Positions 29,637 to 39,017 of a stretch of 64,000 bases of DNA are shown in pieces. Source of the stretch: Opitutia bacterium UBA3534 (GTDB lineage Bacteria > Verrucomicrobiota > Verrucomicrobiia > Opitutales > UBA3534); NCBI GenBank assembly GCA_002376875.1, contig DFOT01000002.1, positions 185,653-249,652 on the forward strand, given 5' to 3'. The stretch's first letter is position 1. Each line of letters begins with the position of its first letter. The notes below the pieces were generated by a model that saw only the letters and a list, made by a program, of their open reading frames with translations, did no database searches and had not been told where the DNA came from. The position numbers and the translations under genes were made by a program.

Positions 29637-31919
29637 ATGTCTCTTAAAAAAAATCTCCTGACCCTCCTTAGGGCCCCAGGGTACGTACCTTTGAGCTTAG
29701 TCGAGCTCGGGAAGACCTTACAGCTAGATAAGGAAACCAAGAAGGACCTTAAAAGAGCACTGGATAAACTCCTCAAAGAGGGAACGATCGCCCGCGTACG
29801 AGGCAATCGCTATGTCATCTCTAAAGAGGCAGACTTAGTCAGCGGGACTATCCGCTTCCGTGCAAGCGGAGCGGCCCTACTCATCCCGGATGACCCTCAG
29901 CAAGAGGCTATCCCGATCAAGGCCGAACATACCGCTACTGCTTTAAATCACGACCGTGTCCTCACTCGCTTGCGCAAGGACCGCCCCAAACGCTACCAAA
30001 GAGGCAAGCGGGGCAAAAGCAATCAGGCCCCAAGTGTTATCTCCGCTGAAGTTTTGCGTACCCTAGAGCGCAAGCGCACAAGCCTCACCGGGACGCTGCG
30101 CAAAAAACGTTCTGTCTTTTATGTGATCCCGGATGACCCCTGCATCCCTTACGATATTTTAGTCGAGGACCCCAAATACTCGACCCTTAAGCCACGCCCT
30201 AAGGTAGACAACAAGGTGATTGTCCAACTGGATGAATGGGAGCACCGCCACCTAGGGCCAACTGGGGTAATCACCGAAACTCTCGGAACGACCCACTCCC
30301 CAGGTGCAGAATACCAGGCGATCCTTCATAAGTACGACCTAGACCCGAACTTCCCCGACCGTGTCGAAAAAGAAGTCCGCGCTTTCCCGGATAAAGTCCG
30401 CAAGCAAGACCTCAAAGGCCGTGAAGATTGCCGCAAACTCTTCACCCTAACAGTTGACCCCACTGATGCTAAAGATTTTGATGACGCCCTTTCTCTAGAA
30501 ATTCTGCCCAATGGGGAACACCGGATCGGCATTCACATAGCTGATGTCAGCAGCTACGTAAAACCTAAGAGTGCTCTAGACAAAGAAGGCCAATCCCGCG
30601 GGAATAGTACCTACCTCGTAGGCACCGTTATCCCAATGCTCCCGCATGCACTTTCTAGTGGGCTATGCAGCCTCGTTGAAGCGGAGGACCGCCTAACCAA
30701 AACCGCCTTCCTCACCTTCAACAAAAACAACAAACTCATCAAGACAGAGTTTGCCAATACGGTCATCCACTCGAACAAGCGCCTCACCTACACGCAGGCC
30801 CTTGCCTTCCTTAAAGAAAAAGACCTTAAAAAGATTAGTAAGCTCCCGGCTCCCCCAGCACACCAAACAGGCTTTGCTGGGCGCCCGCTAAAGGACCTCT
30901 CCCTAAAAGAACTCGGTAAAATTCAATCCACCCTCAAAACCTTGTGGAGCATCGCATCCACCCTACGCAGGGCCCGGATGAAAAAAGGCTCACTCGATCT
31001 CGATATGGCCGAGGTTAAAATTTTTGTCGACGAACAAGGCTATGCCGACAGGATCGTACGCGTTGAAGGTGACGAAAGCCACCAAATGATCGAAGAGTTC
31101 ATGCTCGCAGCTAACGAAGCCATTGCTGAGGCGCTCCATAAAGCAGGCCTTCCTTTTATCAGCCGTGTCCACGATAAGCCCGATGCTGAAAAACTAAGCG
31201 AACTCAGCGACACGCTCGAAATTTTTGGTATCCATGTTGGGGACCTTACCTCACGCAAGGCCGTTACGGAATTTCTAAAACAAGCCAAGAACCATCCCCA
31301 GGCCTACACCCTCAAGCTTCACTTTTTGCGCAGCCTCAAACAAGCCTGCTACCGGGCTGAGGCTGACGGACACTACGGCCTTAACAAAATCTACTACGCG
31401 CACTTCACTTCCCCAATCCGGCGCTACTCGGACCTTATCGTCCACCGTATTTTTGACTTTTACCTCAAAAAACATGGGCACCCTACTGCCCCTCCAAAGC
31501 CGCCTATTGTCTACCCTAAGTCCCAGCAAGAAAGCCTAGCCAAACACCTTTCTGTCACCGAGCGTAACAGCACTGATGCCGAGCGCGAGTCTGTCAAAAT
31601 CAAGCTCCTAGAGTTTTTCGAGCGCGAAGCCAAAAAGAAAACCAAAACCACCTTCGAGGCCGTCATCGTAGACATCAAAAGCCACGGTATTTTTGTAGAG
31701 CTCACCAACTCAATGGCTTTTGGCCTTATCCCGACTTCGAGCCTACGGCACGACTTCTTTACCCTCTCTACAGACGGCACCAAACTTACCGGAAAACGCT
31801 TTGGGCAAACCTTCGTGCTCGGCCAAACCGTAAGCGTAAAAGTAAAATCCGTAGACCGCTTCAAGCGTCAAATGGACTTCAGCCTAGTAGCCGAAAAGCC
31901 TTACAAGAAAAAGCAGTGA
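29637..31919 (+). CDS. rnr: ribonuclease R
   Basis: 760 aa. RNB core (DPTDAKDFDDALS, HIADVS, STYLV, MLP, HFTSPIRRYSDLIVHR) and a C-terminal S1 domain. Confidence 0.93.
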   Translation: MSLKKNLLTLLRAPGYVPLSLVELGKTLQLDKETKKDLKRALDKLLKEGTIARVRGNRYVISKEADLVSGTIRFRASGAALLIPDDPQQEAIPIKAEHTATALNHDRVLTRLRKDRPKRYQRGKRGKSNQAPSVISAEVLRTLERKRTSLTGTLRKKRSVFYVIPDDPCIPYDILVEDPKYSTLKPRPKVDNKVIVQLDEWEHRHLGPTGVITETLGTTHSPGAEYQAILHKYDLDPNFPDRVEKEVRAFPDKVRKQDLKGREDCRKLFTLTVDPTDAKDFDDALSLEILPNGEHRIGIHIADVSSYVKPKSALDKEGQSRGNSTYLVGTVIPMLPHALSSGLCSLVEAEDRLTKTAFLTFNKNNKLIKTEFANTVIHSNKRLTYTQALAFLKEKDLKKISKLPAPPAHQTGFAGRPLKDLSLKELGKIQSTLKTLWSIASTLRRARMKKGSLDLDMAEVKIFVDEQGYADRIVRVEGDESHQMIEEFMLAANEAIAEALHKAGLPFISRVHDKPDAEKLSELSDTLEIFGIHVGDLTSRKAVTEFLKQAKNHPQAYTLKLHFLRSLKQACYRAEADGHYGLNKIYYAHFTSPIRRYSDLIVHRIFDFYLKKHGHPTAPPKPPIVYPKSQQESLAKHLSVTERNSTDAERESVKIKLLEFFEREAKKKTKTTFEAVIVDIKSHGIFVELTNSMAFGLIPTSSLRHDFFTLSTDGTKLTGKRFGQTFVLGQTVSVKVKSVDRFKRQMDFSLVAEKPYKKKQ

Positions 31920-32045
31920 AGAAAAAAGAGCAGTCATTTCCAAAAAAATGGGCTGGAGTCTGTAAAAAACCTCCAAAGAAAGCTCGCGACCCACGCACCG
32001 CATATTTATTAAGACATCATATGGGAAAGGATTTCTAGCCTAAGC

Positions 32046-32966
32046 CTACAATATCGACTCTGGCGTTTTAACCGTCTTAGCAAAGTAGTACTTAACCACA
32101 ATCTTGCCATCACTCTCCTGCTTCTGGGCCGTTCGCTTAATGCGCTTTTCCTTTACGACATCTATAAAGTTATAACGCTGCTCTAAGGGAACCTCCGTAA
32201 TCGCTGCCTCATCCAAGACTGGGAGCTTTGGTTCCGCAGGCTTGAAATGCGCTTGATCCATTAGGCTACAAGACTCTAGGTCATCCGCACTAATAGTTGC
32301 GACCAAACGCTCTAAAGGCTTACCCTTAAACACAGGCGCTCCTCCCGCTTTAACCGCCGGAGCATATACCTGACACAACACTCGAGTCATCCTTCTAGAA
32401 ATCCCCTTTCCCCAAGCGTTTGTACGTAACATGACGGCAAGTTTAGATTCCCCAGGGTTATCTCCAGGCCCCGCAACAGCAAAACCTACGAACGCTGTTA
32501 TTGTTTTAGTTTCATGCGGATCACTCTTTGATCTAGTTTCCCTAACAGTAAAAAGCGTAAAAGCGCTCTTAGGCTCCCCTCGTTCCCAGCGTGGCAATAG
32601 CTTATCCTCAAAATGCCGATTAACCTGATCCAGCGGAATAGGCTTACGCCCCAAATACTTTGCAATCACTTCACTTTCCTGACTAATATCCCTCAAGCGG
32701 ATGCGATCTTCCTCGTTCACCGAACGAGCTACTAAATACGTACCTGAGCGCACAACTCCTTTTTTGCACTGGAGTCTTGTACGAATCTCAACCGTCAACT
32801 TACCCGCACGGTTCCAGTCCCAAGTCATCCGGGTCCTACTCATCCGGGTCCTACCCCTCTCCCAAGTACTCGTAGTGGTTTTCTCTACCCCTTGATCAGG
32901 CTTAGCCCAAGGGTTATTGATCGCCTGAATATGACCTGCAGAGGCTTGTACATTAATTGAGTCCAT
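32046..32966 (-). CDS. GNAT-like acetyltransferase-fold protein with about 90-aa N-terminal extension
   Basis: IRLRDISQES ... FVGFAVAG ... LAVMLRTNAWGKGISRRMTRVL ... LVATISADDLESCSLMDQAHF follows the RimJ/RimL-type GNAT order (motif A xxxGxG). Confidence 0.45.
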   Translation of the reverse strand: MDSINVQASAGHIQAINNPWAKPDQGVEKTTTSTWERGRTRMSRTRMTWDWNRAGKLTVEIRTRLQCKKGVVRSGTYLVARSVNEEDRIRLRDISQESEVIAKYLGRKPIPLDQVNRHFEDKLLPRWERGEPKSAFTLFTVRETRSKSDPHETKTITAFVGFAVAGPGDNPGESKLAVMLRTNAWGKGISRRMTRVLCQVYAPAVKAGGAPVFKGKPLERLVATISADDLESCSLMDQAHFKPAEPKLPVLDEAAITEVPLEQRYNFIDVVKEKRIKRTAQKQESDGKIVVKYYFAKTVKTPESIL

Positions 32967-33017
32967 GCCCCCTGATTACAGGGCCTATAGCCAGAAAGTC
33001 AATGGACAAGAGTCTTA

Positions 33018-33395
33018 TTAAGACTCATTTTCCTTTATCCATTGCTCAGCGTCATCCCGCTTACTGACATCAAAATAACGCACTGTAGCCGTAGTAAACA
33101 CCTTACAGAAATAGGCCATGCCTTTCTCCCAGGTTTTGTCTCCCACAATCGCCAAGCGCTCAATGTCATTAAAATGCCGTAGCCCGAACTTTGTATCCTC
33201 CCAGAGGGCTCCTGCGGTCCAGCCATTAAAATCAATCAACTCCACGAGCATATTCACCTTCCCCTGTTCTTCAATTTGCTTATCAATTTCGGGGACGAAC
33301 ATTTCGTAGTCCTGCTTTTCTAGCTTGCCGCTTATCTTTAGGTGGACAAACTTCCCTTCTTCAACTAACTCAATGGCTTTAAAATCAATAGACAT
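33018..33395 (-). CDS. STAS/SpoIIAA-like protein (DUF3478-type)
   Basis: 125 aa. GKLEKQDYEMFVPEIDKQIEEQGKVNMLVEL..FNGWTAGALWEDTKFGLRHFNDIERLAIVGD matches this family as I recall it. Confidence 0.7.
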   Translation of the reverse strand: MSIDFKAIELVEEGKFVHLKISGKLEKQDYEMFVPEIDKQIEEQGKVNMLVELIDFNGWTAGALWEDTKFGLRHFNDIERLAIVGDKTWEKGMAYFCKVFTTATVRYFDVSKRDDAEQWIKENES

Positions 33396-33522
33396 AACAG
33401 ACTCCTTAGCTTTAACTTAATGATTAACGTGTAAGGTATATTCTAGCCCCTAAGCGGCTAAAAGTCAACTTTCACTAGAGTTGACCCTTTCTCAAAAAAC
33501 CCTTAAACTTTAGTTTAATTTT

Positions 33523-34062
33523 ATGACCCATTACACCTACACACAAACACTTGAAGCCCTCTGGAACAAAGCTCATGCAGCCTACAACAGCGGCAACCAA
33601 GACTGTACCACCTACTTTGATGCTACAGACCTAGAAGCCATGCAGACTCTAGGCCTACGCCCTCATGAGGTTTATGATTTTGTGGATGACTTTTGCCGTT
33701 ACGATAACGAGCCTGACCGCACTACCTTTGTTATGGTTCAAGGTGTGCGCCGCTCCTACCTACAAGAAATGCAAGGGGGCAAGCACTCTGATAAAACCAT
33801 CACCGCAGAAGATCTCCCGCCCAAAACGGACGAAGTCGGCGGCATTGCCTGGCTCCCACGCCTCATCGTCAAAGCAAATGCCAAACTCCGTGGTGAGCTC
33901 CATGAAGACTTCATGTACGGCTGCGCTGGGGATCGCAATTTTTTCCGGGAAAATGATATCCACCCTGCTGAATTCCTAAGCCTAACCTGGTACACCAACA
34001 GCAACACTCAAACAATCGTAGACTGGGTCAAAGCCCGACGCGCTCAAAAGATATCAAGTTAA
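33523..34062 (+). CDS. DUF5069-like protein
   Basis: 179 aa. The LPRLIVKANAKLRGEL ... YGCAGDRNFF segment resembles DUF5069. Confidence 0.45.
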   Translation: MTHYTYTQTLEALWNKAHAAYNSGNQDCTTYFDATDLEAMQTLGLRPHEVYDFVDDFCRYDNEPDRTTFVMVQGVRRSYLQEMQGGKHSDKTITAEDLPPKTDEVGGIAWLPRLIVKANAKLRGELHEDFMYGCAGDRNFFRENDIHPAEFLSLTWYTNSNTQTIVDWVKARRAQKISS

Positions 34063-34700
34063 TGGAAATCCCTCCTTCCTTCATAAAAGGCTTTGGTACT
34101 GCCATTGCCCTTATTATGCCCATCGGCATACAAAACGCCTTTGTCCTGCGTCAAGGAATCCGTCGGCAGTATGTTTTTTTATCGGCATTTATATGCGTCT
34201 GTATTGATGCCGCCCTGATCACGGCGGGTGTTATGGGCATGGGGAAGCTTATGACGAGCAACCCTCTACTGATGGGGGTTGCCCAATGGGGAGGGGCTGC
34301 CTTCCTCTTTTACTTCGGGGCCCGTTGCTTTAGGCGCGTCTTCCAAGACTCTTCCATGACGATTAACACCGAAGACCAAACCGTAGAGACCTTCCAACGT
34401 TTCTTAATCAATGTCTTCGCCTTAAGCCTACTGAATCCACATACTTTTCTAGACACTATCGTCTTGATTGGAAGCATTGGGGGGCAGTATACAGACTTCC
34501 AGCGCACACTCTTTGTCAGTGGCACCGTCACCGCCTCAGCCGTCTGGTTCTTTGGCTTAGCCTATGGGGCCGCCCTATTGCGCCCTCTGTTCCAAAAACC
34601 CATCGCCTGGAAGATCCTCGATACTCTTGTAGGCTGCCTCGTATGGTGGATTGCCTACTCCCTGATCTTCGGGGACATGATGAGCACACAGGCTCTATAA
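34062..34700 (+). CDS. argO: LysE/ArgO-family amino-acid exporter
   Basis: 212 aa with six hydrophobic helices. The N-terminal PIGIQNAFVLRQGI motif is typical of ArgO. Confidence 0.8.
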   Translation: MEIPPSFIKGFGTAIALIMPIGIQNAFVLRQGIRRQYVFLSAFICVCIDAALITAGVMGMGKLMTSNPLLMGVAQWGGAAFLFYFGARCFRRVFQDSSMTINTEDQTVETFQRFLINVFALSLLNPHTFLDTIVLIGSIGGQYTDFQRTLFVSGTVTASAVWFFGLAYGAALLRPLFQKPIAWKILDTLVGCLVWWIAYSLIFGDMMSTQAL

Positions 34701-34701
34701 A

Positions 34702-34980
34702 CTACTCCCTAAAAATACCGGTGCCATCGCGGAATTCTTGATAAGCCATCGGCGCTAAAACCAGGACACTTCCCACTACGCGGATAAATATAGCTTTCCA
34801 GTCTATAGGGCTTTTTTCAGCTTCTTGAGTAGCTGTCTCAGGGGCATTCACCTCAGAAACCACATTCTCTGCACTATACCCAAGCTCAATCTCAGGGCTT
34901 GCCTCAGGAGAGAAGCCCACAACATCAACCTCTTCCTCTTTGGGCTTTTTACGACAGTAGTCTATTACATTTGTCCTCAT
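34702..34980 (-). CDS. small tail-anchored membrane protein, orphan
   Basis: 92 aa. Acidic N-terminal region and a single C-proximal hydrophobic helix (IFIRVVGSVLVLAPMAY). Confidence 0.4.
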   Translation of the reverse strand: MRTNVIDYCRKKPKEEEVDVVGFSPEASPEIELGYSAENVVSEVNAPETATQEAEKSPIDWKAIFIRVVGSVLVLAPMAYQEFRDGTGIFRE

Positions 34981-34999
34981 AATTATTTTACCTGACTAA

Positions 35000-35317
35000 T
35001 TAAGCATTTTCAGAAGTTGAACTAATACCCCCAAAATGGGAAGCAACATAAACCAAAAGAAATATAAAAAACACAGAAACCGCAGTAACTACACCAATAA
35101 CAGTTACCCCAAAGCAGGCTGAAGGCCGCTCATCAGCAATCACAGTACTGTCTTGGCTCTCAGGGTCCATATTCACTGAATACACACGATCGTTCCGTTG
35201 TAATGTAGGGGAGCCCGGGGGCGTCTCCTGAAAACTAATTTCAGGGCTATTATTCAGGGAGTGATAGCGATAGTAAGTCTCAACCCCATCAGGAAGTAAA
35301 GAAGATGAAGAATCCAT
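35000..35317 (-). CDS. small tail-anchored membrane protein, orphan
   Basis: 105 aa. Ser/Pro-rich N-terminus and one C-proximal helix (FGVTVIGVVTAVSVFFIFLLVYVA). Confidence 0.45.
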   Translation of the reverse strand: MDSSSSLLPDGVETYYRYHSLNNSPEISFQETPPGSPTLQRNDRVYSVNMDPESQDSTVIADERPSACFGVTVIGVVTAVSVFFIFLLVYVASHFGGISSTSENA

Positions 35318-35326
35318 ACCTGCGCC

Positions 35327-35758
35327 TTAGTTGCTAAATGACTCATCTGGCCACAAGAGACGACTCCCCACAATGACTAAAACAATCATAGCAACCGCCA
35401 AAAACGCCCCAATTAAAAGCCGCTTGCCCACTTCTGATGCGCTCAGGCCAACGCTAGAAGACAACGCCTCCTCATCCTTTACATTCACCTCAGAAATAGT
35501 CACGGAAACCTGAGCTCTTCTCTCAACTTCAGCCTCTTTATCAGCCTCAATAGCAAGCGCCCGAAGCTTTTGGTTATCAACGACAACTCGCGTATCTGCA
35601 GGTGTTCCCGCTCTATAAGGCAAAGGATCCTTCTTCACAGCGCCATAAGAAGTAGGTATTTGAGCATTCAACCCCCCCATAGGGTTCCAAGTGGGTCCAT
35701 AAGTAGATGATGTGTACATAGCCCGTAAGCTAGCAGACCCTAAGTGAGTTTCAAGCAC
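35327..35758 (-). CDS. small tail-anchored membrane protein, orphan
   Basis: 143 aa (alternative ATG at 35719). One C-proximal helix (LLIGAFLAVAMIVLVIVG). Overlaps the chorismate mutase stop by 8 nt. Confidence 0.45.
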   Translation of the reverse strand: MLETHLGSASLRAMYTSSTYGPTWNPMGGLNAQIPTSYGAVKKDPLPYRAGTPADTRVVVDNQKLRALAIEADKEAEVERRAQVSVTISEVNVKDEEALSSSVGLSASEVGKRLLIGAFLAVAMIVLVIVGSRLLWPDESFSN

Positions 35759-36020
35759 TGAATGCCTGAAGTGCTACAGAACTTTTCAAAATCTGCTCGT
35801 AAATAGCTTCTAGGTGCTCCTCAGGGAGGTCCCCTAAGCTCATCGCCTTCATGCGCGCGATCACTTCCTGGTGGCGCTCCTGCTGGAAGACAGGCTGCCC
35901 TTCTTTTTGCTTCAGGGCCCCAAGTTCGGTGACAATGCGTGCGCGCTCATTCAAAAGCGCATTAATTTTTGTATCAACCTCATCGATACATCCCCTCAGC
36001 GCTTCTAGGGATTGATTCAT
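35751..36020 (-). CDS. chorismate mutase (AroQ class, stand-alone)
   Basis: 89 aa. LRGCIDEVDTKINALLNERARIV...R.QEVI pattern of AroQ. Confidence 0.8.
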   Translation of the reverse strand: MNQSLEALRGCIDEVDTKINALLNERARIVTELGALKQKEGQPVFQQERHQEVIARMKAMSLGDLPEEHLEAIYEQILKSSVALQAFSA

Positions 36021-36787
36021 TCTTCTTCGGCAGCTACCGCTACGAGCTCTTCTTCAGCAGCTACCTCTTCTGCTTCTTCAGGGAGATCCAGTTGCTCAGC
36101 AGGCACCTCATCCGAGGGTAGACCTACATCTTCATCCGAAATCTCTTGTTGGGTCGCATCCGTAATCCACTGCTTAATCTGCTGCGGGCTCAATACGTCT
36201 GAGGCTGGCAATTCTTCTAAAGAGGCTATCCCACAAAACTCTAAAAAGCTTGTAGTAGTCCCGTACTGCATGGGGCGCCCCGGAAGCTCCGCACGCCCCG
36301 TCACATGGATCAGCTCATGCTCAACGAGCTTCGTAATCGCATGATCCACGCTCACCCCACGGATCGCTTCCATCTCTGCACGCGTTACTGGCTGGCGATA
36401 GGCAATCAGTGCGAGCGTCTCCATGACGGACTGGCTCAGCTTCATCGGCTTAGGCTCCTTACGCAATAAGCGCACCCAATCCGCAAAGGCAGGCACCGTC
36501 GCAACTTGGTAACCCCCTGGGGTTTCTAAAATTCGGTAAACCTCTTCTGCTAGCTCAAGCTCTTGGTTGAGGGATTCGGCTGCTTCACGGATTTGTGTTG
36601 CAGTAATCGAACTAGGGACCTCAGTCTCTACACTTTCAGCCTCTTGGCCTTCCTCGGCTAACTCTTCTGGCAGCTCGACAGACTCCTCATGGTAACGTTT
36701 TACCAGGTCCTGCACATCGCGTGAGGACAAAGGTTCTGAGGTAGACAGCAAAAGCGTTTTCAGGATTTTCTTGAGATCAAAAGACAT
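36017..36787 (-). CDS. scpB: segregation and condensation protein B
   Basis: EPLS...TLALIAYRQPVTRAEMEAIRGV...LPGRPMQYGTT..FLEFCG. Acidic C-terminal tail. Confidence 0.88.
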   Translation of the reverse strand: MSFDLKKILKTLLLSTSEPLSSRDVQDLVKRYHEESVELPEELAEEGQEAESVETEVPSSITATQIREAAESLNQELELAEEVYRILETPGGYQVATVPAFADWVRLLRKEPKPMKLSQSVMETLALIAYRQPVTRAEMEAIRGVSVDHAITKLVEHELIHVTGRAELPGRPMQYGTTTSFLEFCGIASLEELPASDVLSPQQIKQWITDATQQEISDEDVGLPSDEVPAEQLDLPEEAEEVAAEEELVAVAAEEE

Positions 36788-36853
36788 TTGTGATAAACAT
36801 CTTAGAGCGAAAGCCCTTTGACTGTAAATACCAAACTCTCATTAATTTTAGCC

Positions 36854-38470
36854 ATGCCTACCCAAACACCACCGCCACCAACCGCCATGAACTGGGAACG
36901 TTTCAAACAATACACCACCCACCTAGAGGACCTAGACCTCACCCTTGATATCAGCCGCATTAGCTTCGAGCCAAGCGCCCTAGAGAGCCTCCAAGCCCCT
37001 TTTAGCCAAGCTTTTAAGGACATGGAAGCCCTCGAGAAAGGCAGCATCGCCAACCCAGATGAGCAACGTATGGTAGGGCATTATTGGTTAAGAACCCCAG
37101 AGCTATCCCCTACCGATGAGATCAAAAAACAGATCGAAGACTGCCTCGAGAAAATCACGACTTTTGCCCAACGCATCCATTCTGGCGCCATCCAAGGAGC
37201 CCAAGGCCCCTTCAAAAACATCCTCTGCGTAGGGATTGGGGGGTCAGCCCTAGGCCCTCAATTTGTGGCTGAAGCCCTCACCCAGGGCAGTGCCGACAAG
37301 ATGCAGGCTTACTTTATCGACAATACTGACCCCGATGGTATTGACCAATGCCTCAAAAGCCTCGAAGGACACCTAGGGGAAACTCTAGTAATTATTACCT
37401 CCAAATCAGGAGGAACGCCAGAACCCCGCAATGGCATGCTCGAAGCTCAAGCTGCTTACGAGAAAGCCGGGCTACGCTTCTCAGACCACGCCGTAGCCAC
37501 CACAAGCGCCGGAAGCCAGCTAGACAAAGTCGCGTCTAACGATGGCTTCCTAGAGCGTTTCCCTATGTGGGATTGGATCGGTGGACGCACCAGCGAGCTT
37601 GCTGCAGTAGGTCTACTTCCCGCAGCGCTCCAAGGCTTTGACATCAAGGCGATGCTCCACGGGGCCAAACTCATGGATGCGCATACCCGCAAGAAAGAGT
37701 TAAATCAAAACCCAGCCGCACTCTTAGCATTTGCTTGGCACGTAGCTACCAACGGCAAGGGTGAAAAAGACATGGTCATCCTCCCTTACAAAGACCGCCT
37801 CATGCTCCTGTCACGCTACTTACAACAGCTTGTTATGGAGTCCTTAGGCAAAAAGGATGACCTCCAAGGCAATACCGTCCATCAAGGAATCGCTGTTTAC
37901 GGTAACAAAGGCTCCACAGACCAACACGCCTATGTCCAGCAACTGCGTGATGGAGTCCCTAATTTCTTTGCAACCTTCATCGAAGTCCTCCAAGACCGCG
38001 AAGGGGACTCTATCGAAGTCGAGCCTGGCGTCACCTCTGGGGACTACCTCCAAGGGTTCTTCCTAGGCACTCGTGACGCCTTAAGCGAAGGCGGGCGCGA
38101 ATCCATCACCATCACGGTAGCCCAAGCCAATACGGAAATTGTCGGCGCACTCATTGCCCTATACGAGCGCGCGGTAGGTTTCTATGCAAGCCTCGTGGGG
38201 GTTAATGCCTACCACCAACCCGGTGTTGAGGCTGGTAAAAAAGCCGCTGCGACAACCCTCGAGCTCAAAGCAAAGCTTATGGCTTGCCTTCAAGAAAATG
38301 CGGGCACAGCCTTTACCGCTCAGGCTGCTGCAGACAAACTAGGCACCCCAGAACAGACTGAACTCATTTACAAACTCTTAGAACACCTGGCAGCCAACCC
38401 TCAGAAAAATGTCCAAAAAACACAGGCATCTCATTTTTGCGAAAGTAGTTTTACCTACAGTCCTAGCTAG
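36854..38470 (+). CDS. pgi: glucose-6-phosphate isomerase
   Basis: [51 protein letters not shown] 36854 is preferred over the upstream TTG 36818. Confidence 0.93.
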   Translation: MPTQTPPPPTAMNWERFKQYTTHLEDLDLTLDISRISFEPSALESLQAPFSQAFKDMEALEKGSIANPDEQRMVGHYWLRTPELSPTDEIKKQIEDCLEKITTFAQRIHSGAIQGAQGPFKNILCVGIGGSALGPQFVAEALTQGSADKMQAYFIDNTDPDGIDQCLKSLEGHLGETLVIITSKSGGTPEPRNGMLEAQAAYEKAGLRFSDHAVATTSAGSQLDKVASNDGFLERFPMWDWIGGRTSELAAVGLLPAALQGFDIKAMLHGAKLMDAHTRKKELNQNPAALLAFAWHVATNGKGEKDMVILPYKDRLMLLSRYLQQLVMESLGKKDDLQGNTVHQGIAVYGNKGSTDQHAYVQQLRDGVPNFFATFIEVLQDREGDSIEVEPGVTSGDYLQGFFLGTRDALSEGGRESITITVAQANTEIVGALIALYERAVGFYASLVGVNAYHQPGVEAGKKAAATTLELKAKLMACLQENAGTAFTAQAAADKLGTPEQTELIYKLLEHLAANPQKNVQKTQASHFCESSFTYSPS

Positions 38471-38840
38471 TGGGTTAGCTCTCTTTTCAGCCTGTAGCAC
38501 CCATACTACACAGACTCCGCCGCCTGAAAGACCGTTCGCTGAAACACCTGAGGTTCTAGATACTTCAGAAAATAACTCCTGGGTAAACTTGCCCTCTAAA
38601 GAGCCTTTCAACAAGTCTGTGGATGAGGCTACGCTCAAGGCTGCCTATGAAGAAGATCATGGCCCTTCTAAGCCACGCTTCGAGCCTTACGTAGATGTTA
38701 CCGATACAGCTACCAATACCGGGAGCCCAGCCAACAAAGCAGGCACCTCCCCGCCGCCCCCTAATATGAGCCAAGCCCACAATAATCACCAGGGGGACCC
38801 TCCAAAGGCTGTCGGCATACGAGGAAGTATTGACTTTTAA
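38409..38840 (+). CDS. Pro-rich lipoprotein, orphan
   Basis: Signal peptide plus lipobox-like ALFSAC and a low-complexity mature part. Overlaps the pgi 3' end by 62 nt. Confidence 0.45.
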   Translation: MSKKHRHLIFAKVVLPTVLASGLALFSACSTHTTQTPPPERPFAETPEVLDTSENNSWVNLPSKEPFNKSVDEATLKAAYEEDHGPSKPRFEPYVDVTDTATNTGSPANKAGTSPPPPNMSQAHNNHQGDPPKAVGIRGSIDF

Positions 38841-38864
38841 GAGCCTTCTCGCATTCTTGTGCTC

Positions 38865-39017
38865 ATGATCTCTATGAAGAAAATCGCCTTAATTACTCTA
38901 GGTGCGCTAAGCCTCTTATTAGCAGGCTGTTTCGACAAAAGCCGGGCTGACTCTAAGCAACCCTGGGCCCGTCGCGCCCAGTGGGAGACTCAAGGCCCTA
39001 ACATGATGGGCTTCTAA
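38865..39017 (+). CDS. 50-aa lipoprotein (not in the ORF track)
   Basis: Hand translation gives MISMKKIALITLGALSLLLAGCFDKSRADSKQPWARRAQWETQGPNMMGF. Clean lipobox LLAGC. Its stop abuts the rsmI ATG (TAAATG). Confidence 0.45.
   Translation: MISMKKIALITLGALSLLLAGCFDKSRADSKQPWARRAQWETQGPNMMGF

Noticed and set aside
31940-31975. Possible bidirectional terminator between rnr and the GNAT-like gene (tggag ... ctcca with flanking A/T runs)
   Set aside because: The stem is only 5 bp with a 12-nt loop, which is too weak to call.
36012-36344. 110-aa Ser/Ala-rich plus-strand ORF (MIHSSSAATATSSSSAATSS...)
   Set aside because: It is the antisense reading of the acidic Glu/Ala-rich tail and C-terminal domain of scpB. 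The low-complexity composition is a mirror artefact, and it has no independent signals.
36802-37053. 83-aa minus-strand ORF and the TTG 36818 start upstream of pgi
   Set aside because: The minus-strand ORF is antisense to the conserved Pgi N-terminus. The 12 codons upstream of ATG 36854 add no conserved sequence.
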